Origin: Candidatus Altiarchaeota archaeon
GTDB taxonomy: Archaea; Altiarchaeota; Altiarchaeia; IMC4; QMZM01
Assembly (NCBI GenBank): GCA_038891095.1
Contig: JAWAEV010000005.1
Span: 1 to 61,319 of the forward strand
Length of the DNA: 61,319 nt
Direction: 5' to 3'
The position numbers and the translations under genes were made by a program. The notes beneath the pieces were generated by a model that was given only the letters and a program-made list of their open reading frames with translations, made no database searches and was not told where the DNA came from. Below, in pieces: positions 39,523 to 50,686 of the stretch; positions within the stretch are counted from its first letter, which is position 1; each line of letters begins with the position of its first letter.

Positions 39523-40487
39523 TTTCTCGCTCTTGCAGTGAGCACTCTCTTACCGAAACCTCCTTCGGCAGGCTCATCTTCTATAGTTCTGCCAGTGTAA
39601 TGTAAAAATACATCATCTAATGTCGCTGGATGAATCTCAATTGATTTGACTTCTCCTGTAAATTTTAAGATTTCTTGCAAATGTTCATTTGCATTTTCAA
39701 CTGTGAGAGAAATCTCGCTATTGAATTTGCTTATACTTTTGACATAACTCAAATTTTTCAATAATTCCATATCTATGCTATCAGCTCTTAATTTAACTAT
39801 ATCCCCGCTTAGACTCTTTTTCAATTTTTCAGGTGTGTTAAAGACAACAACTTTCCCGTAATCCATTATCGCAACTCTATCACAAAGTCTATCAGCTTCT
39901 TCCATGTAGTGAGTTGTTATTATGATCGTGATTTTCTCCTCTTCAACTAACTTTTCTATATATCTCCATATATGCTCTCTTGATCTTGGATCTAAGCCTA
40001 TAGTTGGCTCATCTAAAAATAAAATTTTTGGATGGTGCATCAAGCCACGAGCAATTTCCAATCTTCTTCGCATGCCACTAGAATATTTTTTAACCAAATC
40101 ATTTTTTCTGTTAGTAAGTTCCACGAGCTCAAGAACTTCTTCTATTCTTTTCTCTATCAAGTTGTTAGGTATGTTATATAGCATACCATGTAACTTTAAA
40201 TTTTCATACCCAGTTAGAATATCATCAGAACTTGGATCTTGAAAAACGATTCCAATTGACTTTCTGACTTCACTTGCTTGTTTTAGGATATCAAAACCAT
40301 TTATTTTAGCAGTTCCTGAAGTTGGCTTTATTAGTGTTGCTAGCATAAGTAAAGTTGTTGTTTTTCCAGCACCATTTGGTCCAAGTAAACCAAAAATTTC
40401 ACCTTTATCTACATTAAGATTTATTGAATTAACTGCAATTAACCCATTATAAATTTTAGTTAAATTTTCTATTTCTATAATAGCCAA
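39519..40487 (-). CDS. ABC exporter ATP-binding protein (DrrA-like)
   Basis: GPNGAGKTT, YSSGMRRR, FLDEPT, TTHYMEEA; TTG start. Confidence 0.92.
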   Translation of the reverse strand: MAIIEIENLTKIYNGLIAVNSINLNVDKGEIFGLLGPNGAGKTTTLLMLATLIKPTSGTAKINGFDILKQASEVRKSIGIVFQDPSSDDILTGYENLKLHGMLYNIPNNLIEKRIEEVLELVELTNRKNDLVKKYSSGMRRRLEIARGLMHHPKILFLDEPTIGLDPRSREHIWRYIEKLVEEEKITIIITTHYMEEADRLCDRVAIMDYGKVVVFNTPEKLKKSLSGDIVKLRADSIDMELLKNLSYVKSISKFNSEISLTVENANEHLQEILKFTGEVKSIEIHPATLDDVFLHYTGRTIEDEPAEGGFGKRVLTARARK

Positions 40488-40510
40488 TTTCTATAATAGC
40501 AAATTGAGAT

Positions 40511-43500
40511 TTAATTAACTTTAACTCCAACTATCTGTGATAAGCCATCCTGCATTGAAACACCTATAATTGAATCTGCATACTTCAAAACAGAATCATT
40601 ATGCGTTACTAAGATAAATTGGGCATTTGATGCTTTTAACATTTCTGCTAACTTTATAGAATTTTCCTTATCGAGAGCAGAATCAAGTTCATCTAAGATA
40701 TAGAAGTGTGATGGCTTGTATCTTTGTATTGCTAAAAGAAATGCCGCACAAGTAAGAACTTTCTCGCCACCAGACATCATATCAAGATTTATCAATTTTT
40801 TACCTTTTGGAGATGCCTTTATTATGAGCCCTGCTTGAGAAAGATCTGTAATGTTATCAATAGCAATTGTACCTCTACCCCCAGTTAATTCCTTATAGAT
40901 TTCTTCAAAATTTTTCTTTATAATCTCGAAAGTTTTGCTGAAAACTTCCTTTTTCTTTTTCTCAACAGTTGACATGAAATCAAGAATACTTGCTCTTTCT
41001 TTCTCTAATGTGCCCATCTTTTCTTTAATTTCATCAAGTTCTTTCTTTACAATTTCATAATTTTCAATCGCTCTCATATTTATAAACCCAAAACCAGCCA
41101 ATTCTCTTCCAAACTTTTCAACATCTTGCTCAAGTTCTGAAATTTTCTTTTCCAGTGGTTTAATATCCTGAAATTCTTGGAATTCTCTTTTTAGGTCAAG
41201 AATGCTTGTTTCTAATTTTGCCTTTATTATCATTTTCCTGTTTAATTTTTCATTTAGCTCCTCTAACTGATGCTCAATCCTGCCAATTTCCTCACTAAGT
41301 GAGGTAATCTCGCTTTCTATTTTTGCTCTCTTTGAAAGAGTTTCTTCAATTTTATTGCTAATCCCAATGTCCTTACTTTCAATTTCTTCTATCTTGCGTT
41401 TAATTTCTGATAACTCCTTTTTAGTTTTTTCTATTTCTACACAAGACTCTTTCTCGTTCTTTAAAAGACTATCAAGCTCGTTTTCAAGTTCATTAATCTG
41501 TTGTGAGAAAAATTTAAATTTCTCCTCATATGCATTTTTCTCTATGCTAAAATTGTGGTATTTTTCTTTTAATTCCTGGAATATTTCAAATTTTGTGATT
41601 TTTCCAGATGCTAACAATTTCTGAAGTTCGGCCTCGGTATCTTTTACTTCATTCGCTAAATCATGTTTCTTTTTCTCCGAATTTTCTATCTCAGCAATAA
41701 GCAAAGAAATTTTTTCAGAGAACATTACTTCTTTTCTTTCTATCTCGCTTATTTTCTCATCTAAAATTTTTTGCATAAGAACAAGCCTTTCATATTCTGC
41801 TTTTTTCTCATGAAAATTTTTTTCAATCTCAGCATTTCTTTCTTTTAGAACTTCTGCTTTGTTTTTTAAATCCTCTCTCTTCTCCGAGAGGGATATAAAC
41901 TTCTTTTCCAATTCCTTTATCTCTCTTTCAATTTCATCCTCTGTTGAGAAAACTCCTGAAATTTTTAAATAGCCACCAGAAATAGCACCTTCCTTTGAAA
42001 TTAAATCACCTTCCAAGGAAACCATTCTTGCTTTTCCAATTCCAATTTTTTTTGCAGAATCGATATCCTTAACAATTAAGGTATCAAGAAAAACCCAATC
42101 AAAAATCTTTTTAAATTTTTCCTCAGTTCTTATAAAATCTCTTGCAAAACCAATTGCCTCAGCAGGAAGTTTTCTTTCAAGTTTTGGAACATTCAAAACA
42201 TTCAAAGGCAAAAATGTCGCTCTTCCAATTTTATTCTTTCTTAGATATGAAATGCATTTTTTTGCAACATCTTCATTCTCAACAACAATTGCATAAGTTC
42301 TCTGGCCTGCGGCCACCATTAATGCTTTTTCATATTTTTTATCTATACAAGACCCTAACTCAGAAACAGTGCCATAAATTCCTTTTACAACTGGCCTTAT
42401 TTTAGTTATCGCATTTACAGCTAAATTTACATTGGGAGATGCACTTAATGCTTTTAACTCTGTTTTTTTCTCAGCAATTTTTATTTGCAATTCATTTATC
42501 ATAGCACTATTTTCTTTTTCCTCTTCCAAAATTTTTCCAAGATTTCTTTTGTTTTCTTCAATTTCCTTTGTTAATGTGCTATTCTCCTTTGATAATTTTT
42601 CAAGATTTTTCAATTCTGATGCCTTTTCATTTTTAAGTTCTTGTAATTTTCTTTTATCTGCATTGCTCTCTTTTTCAATCTCACTCATCTTTGCTTTGTT
42701 ATTCTCTATTAAATTTTCAAGAAACTGAATTTCTGAGTTTAATCCAAGAATTTTAGCTTTTAGTTTATCAATTTCGTTCTCTAAATCAGTGCTTTGGATA
42801 TTTCTCTCAATTCTATCAATATCTGGTTTTATTTTAGCTATTTCTGCACTTATTTGTGCTATTCTCTCCTGAATAACTTTTTGCTCTTTTTTGAGTTGCT
42901 CTTTTTTCTCTTTTTTCTTTGAAATTTCATTTTTAAGAGAAATTAAATTTGTTTCTAGAGTTTGTAATTTATCTTCTGCTCTCACATATGCTTCTCTCAT
43001 CTCTGAAGCTTTTACATCTGTGCGCATCTCTTCAAGTTTTATTATCTCTGAATTCAATTCCTTTACCAATTTTGTTCTCTCAGATATTTCGTCTCTAAAT
43101 TTCTTTATCTTAAGAGTTAAGTCATCTTTTTCTCTTTGAAGTTCATTAATCTTCTCTTCTAATTCCTTTTCTTTTCTCTCCTCTTCTTGAAGTTTATAAA
43201 AGAGTATACTACCTTTTGCCTCTCTGAACTTATCATTTAACTCTTTATATCTAAGAGCTTCATCTCTCTCCTTTTTTAAGCCTTCCATATAGCCTTGTTT
43301 TTCTCCAAGTATAATCCGCATTTCAGAAAGTTTATTTTCAACTTTCTCAAGTTCTTTAATTGCTTTTTCTTTTTTCTTGTCATATTCTGCAATTCCACAG
43401 AGATCATCAATTATTGCCCTTCTATCGATTGGTTTCATGTCAATTAACTTTGTTACATCATCCTGATTTATTATATTGTGTTCATTATCCCCTACTATCT

Positions 43501-43849
43501 CAAGAATTTCTTCTCGTGTTACTGTCTTTTCATTTAACTTGTATTCACTCTTTCCATCAATTTTTATTTCTCTTGAAATTTTTACTCTTCCATTTTCTCC
43601 GCGAAGATAGATTGAAACTACTGCTGAATCTGATGGCTCGCCATTTGTGCCACCATTGCATATAAGTTCTTCAAGATGAGAAACTCTCAAACCTTTTAAA
43701 CGACCAAGAACAAAGCATATAGAATCAATTATATTGCTCTTACCAGAACCATTTGGGCCTACAATTGCAGTAAAATTTGTGGGGAATTCTAAAACTGTTT
43801 TTTCTTTGAAAGATTTAAAACCACGAATTTCTAACTTCTCAAGATGCAT
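40511..43849 (-). CDS. smc: Chromosome segregation protein SMC
   Basis: GFKSF, GPNGSGKSN, coiled coils, hinge GRATFLPL, MSGGEK, LDELD. Confidence 0.95.
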   Translation of the reverse strand: MHLEKLEIRGFKSFKEKTVLEFPTNFTAIVGPNGSGKSNIIDSICFVLGRLKGLRVSHLEELICNGGTNGEPSDSAVVSIYLRGENGRVKISREIKIDGKSEYKLNEKTVTREEILEIVGDNEHNIINQDDVTKLIDMKPIDRRAIIDDLCGIAEYDKKKEKAIKELEKVENKLSEMRIILGEKQGYMEGLKKERDEALRYKELNDKFREAKGSILFYKLQEEERKEKELEEKINELQREKDDLTLKIKKFRDEISERTKLVKELNSEIIKLEEMRTDVKASEMREAYVRAEDKLQTLETNLISLKNEISKKKEKKEQLKKEQKVIQERIAQISAEIAKIKPDIDRIERNIQSTDLENEIDKLKAKILGLNSEIQFLENLIENNKAKMSEIEKESNADKRKLQELKNEKASELKNLEKLSKENSTLTKEIEENKRNLGKILEEEKENSAMINELQIKIAEKKTELKALSASPNVNLAVNAITKIRPVVKGIYGTVSELGSCIDKKYEKALMVAAGQRTYAIVVENEDVAKKCISYLRKNKIGRATFLPLNVLNVPKLERKLPAEAIGFARDFIRTEEKFKKIFDWVFLDTLIVKDIDSAKKIGIGKARMVSLEGDLISKEGAISGGYLKISGVFSTEDEIEREIKELEKKFISLSEKREDLKNKAEVLKERNAEIEKNFHEKKAEYERLVLMQKILDEKISEIERKEVMFSEKISLLIAEIENSEKKKHDLANEVKDTEAELQKLLASGKITKFEIFQELKEKYHNFSIEKNAYEEKFKFFSQQINELENELDSLLKNEKESCVEIEKTKKELSEIKRKIEEIESKDIGISNKIEETLSKRAKIESEITSLSEEIGRIEHQLEELNEKLNRKMIIKAKLETSILDLKREFQEFQDIKPLEKKISELEQDVEKFGRELAGFGFINMRAIENYEIVKKELDEIKEKMGTLEKERASILDFMSTVEKKKKEVFSKTFEIIKKNFEEIYKELTGGRGTIAIDNITDLSQAGLIIKASPKGKKLINLDMMSGGEKVLTCAAFLLAIQRYKPSHFYILDELDSALDKENSIKLAEMLKASNAQFILVTHNDSVLKYADSIIGVSMQDGLSQIVGVKVN

Positions 43850-43899
43850 CTTTTCTTAATAATAAATTTTCAAAACCAAGAATAAAAAGTTTGATATTT

Positions 43900-44517
43900 T
43901 TATAGCTGTGATAGAAATTTTCTAACATCTTCTAAATTCTCAATTTTTATATCAGCATCAATTTTTAAGCCAATAACAAAGCATCCTGCTTTTTTTCCTG
44001 CAATAACATCAGCATATGTATCACCAACAAGAATTGAATTTTCTGGCTTTACTTTAAGCCTTTTGCAAGCTTTTAAAATCATATCTGGTGATGGTTTTGC
44101 GTTCTTTACATCATCTCCAGCAACAACAACATCAAAGTAATTCAACAAGGAGAATTTTTCTAATGAGAAAATTGTTATCTCTCTTGGAGTATTTGTCACT
44201 AAGGCAACCTTAAATTTCTCCTTTGCTATTTTTAATATCTCCTCTGCTCCATGAAAAACTCTAAGCTTATCAACAAATTTATAGTACTGAGAATTACAAT
44301 CTTCTATTGCATCATTGCTAAGATTTATTTTCTTAAAACTTTCCCTCAAATTTGGACCCCAATATGCTTTAAGAAATTTCTTTTTGCTTATTGCTTTTTT
44401 TCCAAATTTTTTTAGGGTTGCATTTACTGCTAAGTGCCATGCATCTGAGGAATCTAAGATAACACCATCTAAATCAAAAAGTATAGCAAGAAATTTTTGT
44501 GCTGTTCGAATTTTCAT
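43900..44517 (-). CDS. HAD family phosphatase
   Basis: FDLDGVILDS, VTN, KPSP, VGDT..D. Confidence 0.9.
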   Translation of the reverse strand: MKIRTAQKFLAILFDLDGVILDSSDAWHLAVNATLKKFGKKAISKKKFLKAYWGPNLRESFKKINLSNDAIEDCNSQYYKFVDKLRVFHGAEEILKIAKEKFKVALVTNTPREITIFSLEKFSLLNYFDVVVAGDDVKNAKPSPDMILKACKRLKVKPENSILVGDTYADVIAGKKAGCFVIGLKIDADIKIENLEDVRKFLSQL

Positions 44518-44661
44518 TTTTTTATACTTAATTGATTTTTATGATATGAATTGAAATTACCAACTAATTGCTATATGCTAAAATTAAAAGCTAATTTTTA
44601 AACTTTTTATAATTTGAATTCGAATAAGAAATAATGAAACAAAGCATTATGTGCTATAAAA

Positions 44662-45126
44662 ATGAAATTAGAAAACAATGAGAGGTCTATTAAAAATTTT
44701 TTCATTGCTTGCACTTTGATTTTTTTATTGATGATGAGTATCCTACTTTTAGGATGTATTGGTGGGCAAACAGATACAAGAACACAAGGCTATAAACTTA
44801 GTGTGAGCACTAATGTCAAAAATAAGAAATTTAATAATACTGCTGTTTATATCACCGTAAGAAATAGCGGCACTAAGCCAGTAACATTTGTTAAGTGCGA
44901 TTATGAAATTTTAAATTTGGTCACAAATGAAGTTGCTTATTTTGGAAGCATGAATATTGTTGATAAATTGGATAGAGGTAAAAGTGTTACAAGAGACAAT
45001 GAGGGTTTGGGGGAGAATTTAATAGCTGATAATGATGGGAGAAATTTCAAAATTAAAGTTAGATGCTATTCAAAAGAAATGCAAGAGTTGGAGTTGTATA
45101 GTGAAGCATACTATGAATTTACATAA
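44662..45126 (+). CDS. Putative lipoprotein with beta-rich domain
   Basis: Signal plus LLLGCIG lipobox-like motif; VRNSG. Confidence 0.6.
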   Translation: MKLENNERSIKNFFIACTLIFLLMMSILLLGCIGGQTDTRTQGYKLSVSTNVKNKKFNNTAVYITVRNSGTKPVTFVKCDYEILNLVTNEVAYFGSMNIVDKLDRGKSVTRDNEGLGENLIADNDGRNFKIKVRCYSKEMQELELYSEAYYEFT

Positions 45127-45287
45127 ATTTGTTTTTTTATTATTGAAATGTACAAGTCTAACAATTGCATCTTTATTTTAAGCGATTTGTTTATTGTAAT
45201 TGTTAATTAGCAATATCAGCAATGTTAGCTAAAAATCCAAGTGTTTTAATTATTGTTAAGCTATATAAATTTCTTTTGTAAAATAGA

Positions 45288-45503
45288 ATGAGGATTGGAA
45301 TTAAAGTTATTCCAAATGCAAAAAAAGAAGAAGTGATATTGAATGGAAAAACCATAGAAGAAGGAATTATCGTTAGAGTTAAAAGTCCACCGGAGAAAGG
45401 AAAGGCAAATAAAGAAGTGGTTGAAATTTTAGAGAAATATTTCAATAAGAAAGTTAGAATTATTCATGGTAATAAAAGTAGGGAGAAAGTTATAGAGATA
45501 TAA
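45288..45503 (+). CDS. DUF167/UPF0235 family protein
   Basis: KVIPNAKK, PPEKGKAN, G.KSREK. Confidence 0.88.
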   Translation: MRIGIKVIPNAKKEEVILNGKTIEEGIIVRVKSPPEKGKANKEVVEILEKYFNKKVRIIHGNKSREKVIEI

Positions 45504-45554
45504 TTCTATAGTAGAAAGCTAATTTAAGAGAATGAAAAGTAAATAGTAGTTAAA

Positions 45555-47417
45555 ATGAAGGTTTTGTTTATACATGCGGACTACATTAACTATGAAGTGA
45601 AGGAAAAAGCATTACAAGATGCCGAGGAAGTTAAAGAAAAATCTGGGAACGCAGATAATGTATTAGTTGCATTTATTTCAGTTGAAAAAGAAGATGAAAA
45701 AAATCCAGAAGATATCGCAAAGAAACTTGTTAATGAAATAAAGGAAATTTATGAAAAGGTTAAGGCAACATCTATAGTGCTTTATCCATATGCTCATCTA
45801 TCAAGTTCACTTAGCAATTCAGGAACTGCAAAAAAAATTTTAAATTCTTCTTATGAATATTTACAGAGTGATTTTAAAGTTATAAAGGCACCTTTTGGCT
45901 GGTATAAAAGTTTTGAATTAAAGTGTAAAGGCCATCCACTTTCAGAGTTGTCAAGAGAATTTCATGCAGAAGAAAAAAAAGCTGAAGATGAAACTCAAGC
46001 TCTAAAGGCAGAAAAGAAGTTAATTTCGCATTGGTATATAATGACTCCTGATGGTAAACTAAATGATGTTGGAACCTTCAATTACGAAGGCTATGAAAAT
46101 TTAAGAAAATTTGCATATTATGAAAAGGAGAAATCAAGAAAGGTCACTCAGGAGCCTGCACATGTTGAAATTATGAGAAAATTAGAAATTGCTGACTATG
46201 AGCCTGGCTCTGATTCTGGAAATTTAAGATATTATCCAAAGGGCAGACTTATAAAATCACTACTTGAGATGTATGTTACGCAGAGAGTGATTGAATATGG
46301 AGGCATAGAAGTTGAAACACCAATAATGTATGACATGCAACATCCAACATTGTCAAAATATTTACAGAGATTTCCAGCAAGGCAATACACAATTGAATCT
46401 GACAAAAGAAATTTCTTTCTTAGATTTGCAGCATGTTTTGGACAATTTTTAATTGCTCATGATGCAACAATAAGCTATAAAAATCTACCATTAAGGCTCT
46501 ATGAGTTAACTCGATATAGCTTTAGAAGAGAACAAAGTGGTGAGTTAACAGGTTTGAGAAGATTGAGAGCATTTACAATGCCAGATGTCCATGCTCTCTG
46601 TGCAGATTTAAAACAGGCTATTGAAGAATTCTCTACTCGCTATGAACTTTGTATTGATGTTCTTGAAAAAATTGGCATAACAAAAGAGGACATTGAATTA
46701 GGCTTGCGAGTTACAAAAGAATTTTATGAGAAAAACAAAGAATTTGTTGAGAGTATAGCGAAAAAATTTTCAAAACCAATTCTTGTTGAAATGTGGGATG
46801 AGCGCTTTTTCTATTTCATTCTAAAATATGAGTTAAATTTTGTTGATACATTAGATAAGGCTGCTGCTCTATCAACTGACCAGATTGATGTTGAAAATTC
46901 AGAAAGATATGGAATAAAATTTACTGATAGCGATGGCAAGGAGAAATATCCTTTGATTTTACATTGTTCTCCATCAGGAGCGATTGAGAGAGTTATTTAC
47001 GCACTTCTTGAAAAAGCGGCGATTAAAATGCAAAAGGGAATACCCCCTATGCTGCCTTTGTGGCTTTCTCCAACGCAAGTTAGAGTTATTCCTGTTTCGA
47101 ATGAAAATAAAAAGTATGCTGAAAAAATTTTAGGAGAATTTTTAAATGAACAAATAAGGGCAGATTTTGACGATCGTGAACTTAATGTTGGTAAAAAAAT
47201 TAGAGATGCTGAGATGGAATGGGTGCCATACATTGTGGTTGTTGGTAGAGAGGAGGAAAAAACAAAAAGTATAAATGTCAGAGTAAGAGAGAATAGAAAG
47301 CAGGAGAAAATGAAAGTAAGTAAATTGATAAAAGAAATTAAAGATAAAACAAAGGGGATGCCATTTAAGCCTTTATCATTACCAAAAGAGCTTTCAAAAA
47401 GACCTAAATTTGTCTAA
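45555..47417 (+). CDS. thrS: Threonine--tRNA ligase (archaeal type with N-terminal editing domain)
   Basis: [16 protein letters not shown]...[30 protein letters not shown]. Confidence 0.97.
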   Translation: MKVLFIHADYINYEVKEKALQDAEEVKEKSGNADNVLVAFISVEKEDEKNPEDIAKKLVNEIKEIYEKVKATSIVLYPYAHLSSSLSNSGTAKKILNSSYEYLQSDFKVIKAPFGWYKSFELKCKGHPLSELSREFHAEEKKAEDETQALKAEKKLISHWYIMTPDGKLNDVGTFNYEGYENLRKFAYYEKEKSRKVTQEPAHVEIMRKLEIADYEPGSDSGNLRYYPKGRLIKSLLEMYVTQRVIEYGGIEVETPIMYDMQHPTLSKYLQRFPARQYTIESDKRNFFLRFAACFGQFLIAHDATISYKNLPLRLYELTRYSFRREQSGELTGLRRLRAFTMPDVHALCADLKQAIEEFSTRYELCIDVLEKIGITKEDIELGLRVTKEFYEKNKEFVESIAKKFSKPILVEMWDERFFYFILKYELNFVDTLDKAAALSTDQIDVENSERYGIKFTDSDGKEKYPLILHCSPSGAIERVIYALLEKAAIKMQKGIPPMLPLWLSPTQVRVIPVSNENKKYAEKILGEFLNEQIRADFDDRELNVGKKIRDAEMEWVPYIVVVGREEEKTKSINVRVRENRKQEKMKVSKLIKEIKDKTKGMPFKPLSLPKELSKRPKFV

Positions 47418-47419
47418 TT

Positions 47420-47797
47420 TTATAACACTTTTTCTCTTAACAAATTTTCTATACCCTTTGCAATTTTTTTCCTATTTCCTTTTTTTGGAATGCAGATTAT
47501 TTTTACATTAAACTTGTTATTTAATTTCTTCATCAATTTCAGAAAAAAACCCAAATCAAAATCATGTAATGTAGAAATCCTTTTACTTTCAATTTTTTCT
47601 ATATCTTGTAAGATAAGTGGTTTTTTTACATTTGAAACATCCATTATAAGAATCTCTCCTTTATTTGCGTATTGAAAAATTTCTTCAACTGAATTACAAT
47701 TAACAAATTCAACTCCAGGAATTTTCAACTCAGAAGAAATTTTTTTTGCAAGCGAATCCTCCCTAAGAAATTCATTACCAAAACAAAAAACTTTCAC
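47420..47797 (-). CDS. Hydrogenase maturation protease-like protein (short)
   Basis: FGN...ED, LIMD, STLHD; GTGA overlap with large-subunit stop. Confidence 0.7.
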   Translation of the reverse strand: MKVFCFGNEFLREDSLAKKISSELKIPGVEFVNCNSVEEIFQYANKGEILIMDVSNVKKPLILQDIEKIESKRISTLHDFDLGFFLKLMKKLNNKFNVKIICIPKKGNRKKIAKGIENLLREKVL

Positions 47798-49074
47798 TTT
47801 CTTACTAAGTTCAATTCAAGGAAGTGTGTTGAGCAAGAGATGCAAGGATCATAACTCCTTATCAATTTTTCAAGTTCTAATTTTATTTCCTCTTCACTTC
47901 TGTTTAAAATTTTTGGGAGAATTTGCATTATATCATCTTCGATATTTTTCAAATTTTGAGTTGTTGGTGGTAATATATTCGCTTTAAGAACTTTGCCTTT
48001 CTCATCCAATTTATAATCATGAAACAAAAGTCCTCGAGCAACTTCTGTTGCTGAAATTCCTCTACCTTCTCTCAACTTTACATCAACAGGCTTTTCATGT
48101 TTTATCTTCAAATTTTCAAGAATTTCAATTGCCCTCTCTATCAAATGTAAAATTTCAATTGCCTGAGCAAAGTTATTCACATAAGGGGAATAATTTGGAA
48201 ATTTAAATTTGCTGTTTCTTAGCATCATTTTTGCTTCATCAAGCAGGTATTCTCTATTTAAATTCAACCTTGCCAATGCCCCAACCATATAGCTTTTACC
48301 TTTTAACATGACAAATTTTGAAGTGGAATATTTTGTTGTATATTCATAAAAATATTTATCATAAAATTTATGGTCTATGTCCAAACCTTCAGTTGAATGA
48401 ACACTTCCGTGCATCATCGCATAGCACTTCTCTCTCTTTAACGCGACATATTCTGTCTTCCTTTCAAATTTCTCATAATTTAAATTTTCAAACAATCTTA
48501 CTGTTTCTATTGCATCTTCTTTCGTTTCTTTGAGACTTTTTAGGAGCTTATCAATTTCTACATTACTTGGAATTTTTGAAAATCCGCCAACAACCGGTGT
48601 AATAGAATGAATTTCTCTACCACCAATAACGGTACAAATTTCATTGCCTAAGCGCTTTATTTTTAATGCCCTTCTCACTTCTTCTTTATACTTTGATGCC
48701 ATATCTATTGCGTTATCATAGCCTAAATAATCAGGAAGTGCAAGAAAATATAAATGCAAGGAATGACTTTGAATTATTTGACCTATCATCAAAAGCTCCC
48801 TCAAAAATTCTGTTTGTTCTGATGCTTCAACACCTAATGCTTCTTCAATCGCTTTTAGTGCTCCTATTAAATGCGCCTGAGAACAAACTCCACAGATTCT
48901 TGAGCAGAGATAATGGACATCATCATACTTTCTACCTTTTAGTATTCCCTCAAACAACCTTGCTCCTTCATAAACTTCTACCTGAACTTTTTTTATTTCT
49001 CCTTTTTCTACTCTGACATCTAACCTTGCATGTCCCTCAATTTTTGTTATTGTATCTAAGCTTATCTTTTGCAT
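47794..49074 (-). CDS. hydA: Group 3b NiFe hydrogenase large (alpha) subunit
   Basis: KIEGH, RICGVC (L1), DPCISCSTH (L2) plus C-terminal extension. Confidence 0.93.
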   Translation of the reverse strand: MQKISLDTITKIEGHARLDVRVEKGEIKKVQVEVYEGARLFEGILKGRKYDDVHYLCSRICGVCSQAHLIGALKAIEEALGVEASEQTEFLRELLMIGQIIQSHSLHLYFLALPDYLGYDNAIDMASKYKEEVRRALKIKRLGNEICTVIGGREIHSITPVVGGFSKIPSNVEIDKLLKSLKETKEDAIETVRLFENLNYEKFERKTEYVALKREKCYAMMHGSVHSTEGLDIDHKFYDKYFYEYTTKYSTSKFVMLKGKSYMVGALARLNLNREYLLDEAKMMLRNSKFKFPNYSPYVNNFAQAIEILHLIERAIEILENLKIKHEKPVDVKLREGRGISATEVARGLLFHDYKLDEKGKVLKANILPPTTQNLKNIEDDIMQILPKILNRSEEEIKLELEKLIRSYDPCISCSTHFLELNLVRK

Positions 49075-49079
49075 TTTAA

Positions 49080-49895
49080 CTACTTTAACCTATCCTTAAC
49101 ATTAGCAAATTTTTTTGATGTACCGGCAAATTTTATGAACATTCTCTCTATATCCTCTCTGCTAAATCCTTTATCCTTGAATAAATCAACTAATGCATCA
49201 ACATTTGCATCATCAAGAGGACCACGACAACCATAACATGGAGTTCCAGCTGAGGGACAAGGAGCATCACAGCCTCCAAATGTTATAGGCCCCATACATA
49301 ACTTATTTTTTTCTTGAACTAAAAAACACTTGTTCTCTTTCATTCTACATTCAAAACATACAGGATATTCAATATTTCTCGGGATATTGCCTATAAGAAG
49401 ATACTTAAGAACTTTTAAAAATTCCTCCTTTGTAATTGGGCAACCTCTAAGGTAATAGTCAACTTCAACATAATGGCCTATACCATAAACATTTTCCAAT
49501 GAATCCAAAAATGAAGGATCATGATAAACCTCTTTCTCGATCTCCTCAGCAAATCCAAAATCTTTTATTGATGGAACTCCACCATAAGAAGCACATGTGC
49601 CAAGAGCTATTAGATATTTTGACTTTGCTCTTATTTCTTTTAATTTTTCAATTTCGTCTTTTCTAACGACCGCTCCCTCAACAAAACTTATATCAAAAGG
49701 TCCCTCTTCATTTTTTCCTTTTGTTAAATGGAAATTTACAATATCAACAAGGGAAAAAATATCAAGCAAATTTTCCTCTAAATCAAGAATTCTAACTTGG
49801 CAGCCTTCACAGGATGTCAATGAGAAAATTCCAACTTTTGGCTTTCTTCCCAGCTTCTCAATTAGATAACCCCTACATGTGCTTTCATTTGTCAT
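49080..49895 (-). CDS. hydD: Group 3b hydrogenase small (delta) subunit
   Basis: SCEGC, VEG, GTCA, GCP, CMGP, CYGCRG. Confidence 0.9.
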   Translation of the reverse strand: MTNESTCRGYLIEKLGRKPKVGIFSLTSCEGCQVRILDLEENLLDIFSLVDIVNFHLTKGKNEEGPFDISFVEGAVVRKDEIEKLKEIRAKSKYLIALGTCASYGGVPSIKDFGFAEEIEKEVYHDPSFLDSLENVYGIGHYVEVDYYLRGCPITKEEFLKVLKYLLIGNIPRNIEYPVCFECRMKENKCFLVQEKNKLCMGPITFGGCDAPCPSAGTPCYGCRGPLDDANVDALVDLFKDKGFSREDIERMFIKFAGTSKKFANVKDRLK

Positions 49896-49896
49896 T

Positions 49897-50685
49897 TTAA
49901 TCTTCTAAAAATTTTGCTTCATCATATCTAAAAACTGGCCCATCTTTGCAAATGTATTTATCGTTTATCATACAATGGCCACACTTCCCAAAACCACATT
50001 TCATATATCTCTCTAAGGAAAGATAAATTTGCTCATCACCAAAATTTTTCTTCTTAAGTGTTTCGATTACAAATTTCATCATTATTGCCGGACCACATAT
50101 TAATGCAATTGAATTCTCATTATTGACTTTATACTTCTCAAGTATTTTTGTTACAACTCCAACATCACATTTCCAATTTTCATTTGCAGTGTCAACAGTT
50201 AAGTAAACATTAAATTTCTCCTTCCAAATTTCAATTTTTCTTTTGAATAGAATATCCTCTGGACTTCTGCAACCAAAAAATATGCTTATATCTTTATACT
50301 TTTCACGAAATTTTTCAATATAACTAAGAACACTACCTAAGGGGGCAATTCCGCAGCCACCACCTATAATGTATAAATCTTTATCATAAAATTTTTCCAT
50401 AGGATAACCATTTCCATAAGGTCCACGAATTCCTAAAAAATCACCCTCACTTAAGCGATGAATTGCATTTGTTACTCTGCCAACTCTCCTCACAGTTATC
50501 TCAATATATTCATTAGAAAAGGAACTTATACTTATTGGTGCCTCACCAAAATTGAAAACTGAAACCTCAACAAATTGTCCAGGAGTATGGTTAGCTTTAA
50601 AATCTATGCGAAATGTTTTTATATCTGGTGTTTCTTCTATAACATTTAAAATTTTACAAATTTTAGGGATATAGATATTTTCCAT
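49897..50685 (-). CDS. hydG: Group 3b hydrogenase gamma subunit (FAD/NAD, 2Fe-2S)
   Basis: PGQF, GEAPISI, GPYG, GGCGIAP, CGFGKCGHC...CKDGPVF. Confidence 0.9.
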   Translation of the reverse strand: MENIYIPKICKILNVIEETPDIKTFRIDFKANHTPGQFVEVSVFNFGEAPISISSFSNEYIEITVRRVGRVTNAIHRLSEGDFLGIRGPYGNGYPMEKFYDKDLYIIGGGCGIAPLGSVLSYIEKFREKYKDISIFFGCRSPEDILFKRKIEIWKEKFNVYLTVDTANENWKCDVGVVTKILEKYKVNNENSIALICGPAIMMKFVIETLKKKNFGDEQIYLSLERYMKCGFGKCGHCMINDKYICKDGPVFRYDEAKFLED

Positions 50686-50686
50686 T

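Noticed and set aside
47794-49074. NiFeSe hydrogenase
   Set aside because: L2 motif is DPCISC with Cys codons, no in-frame TGA
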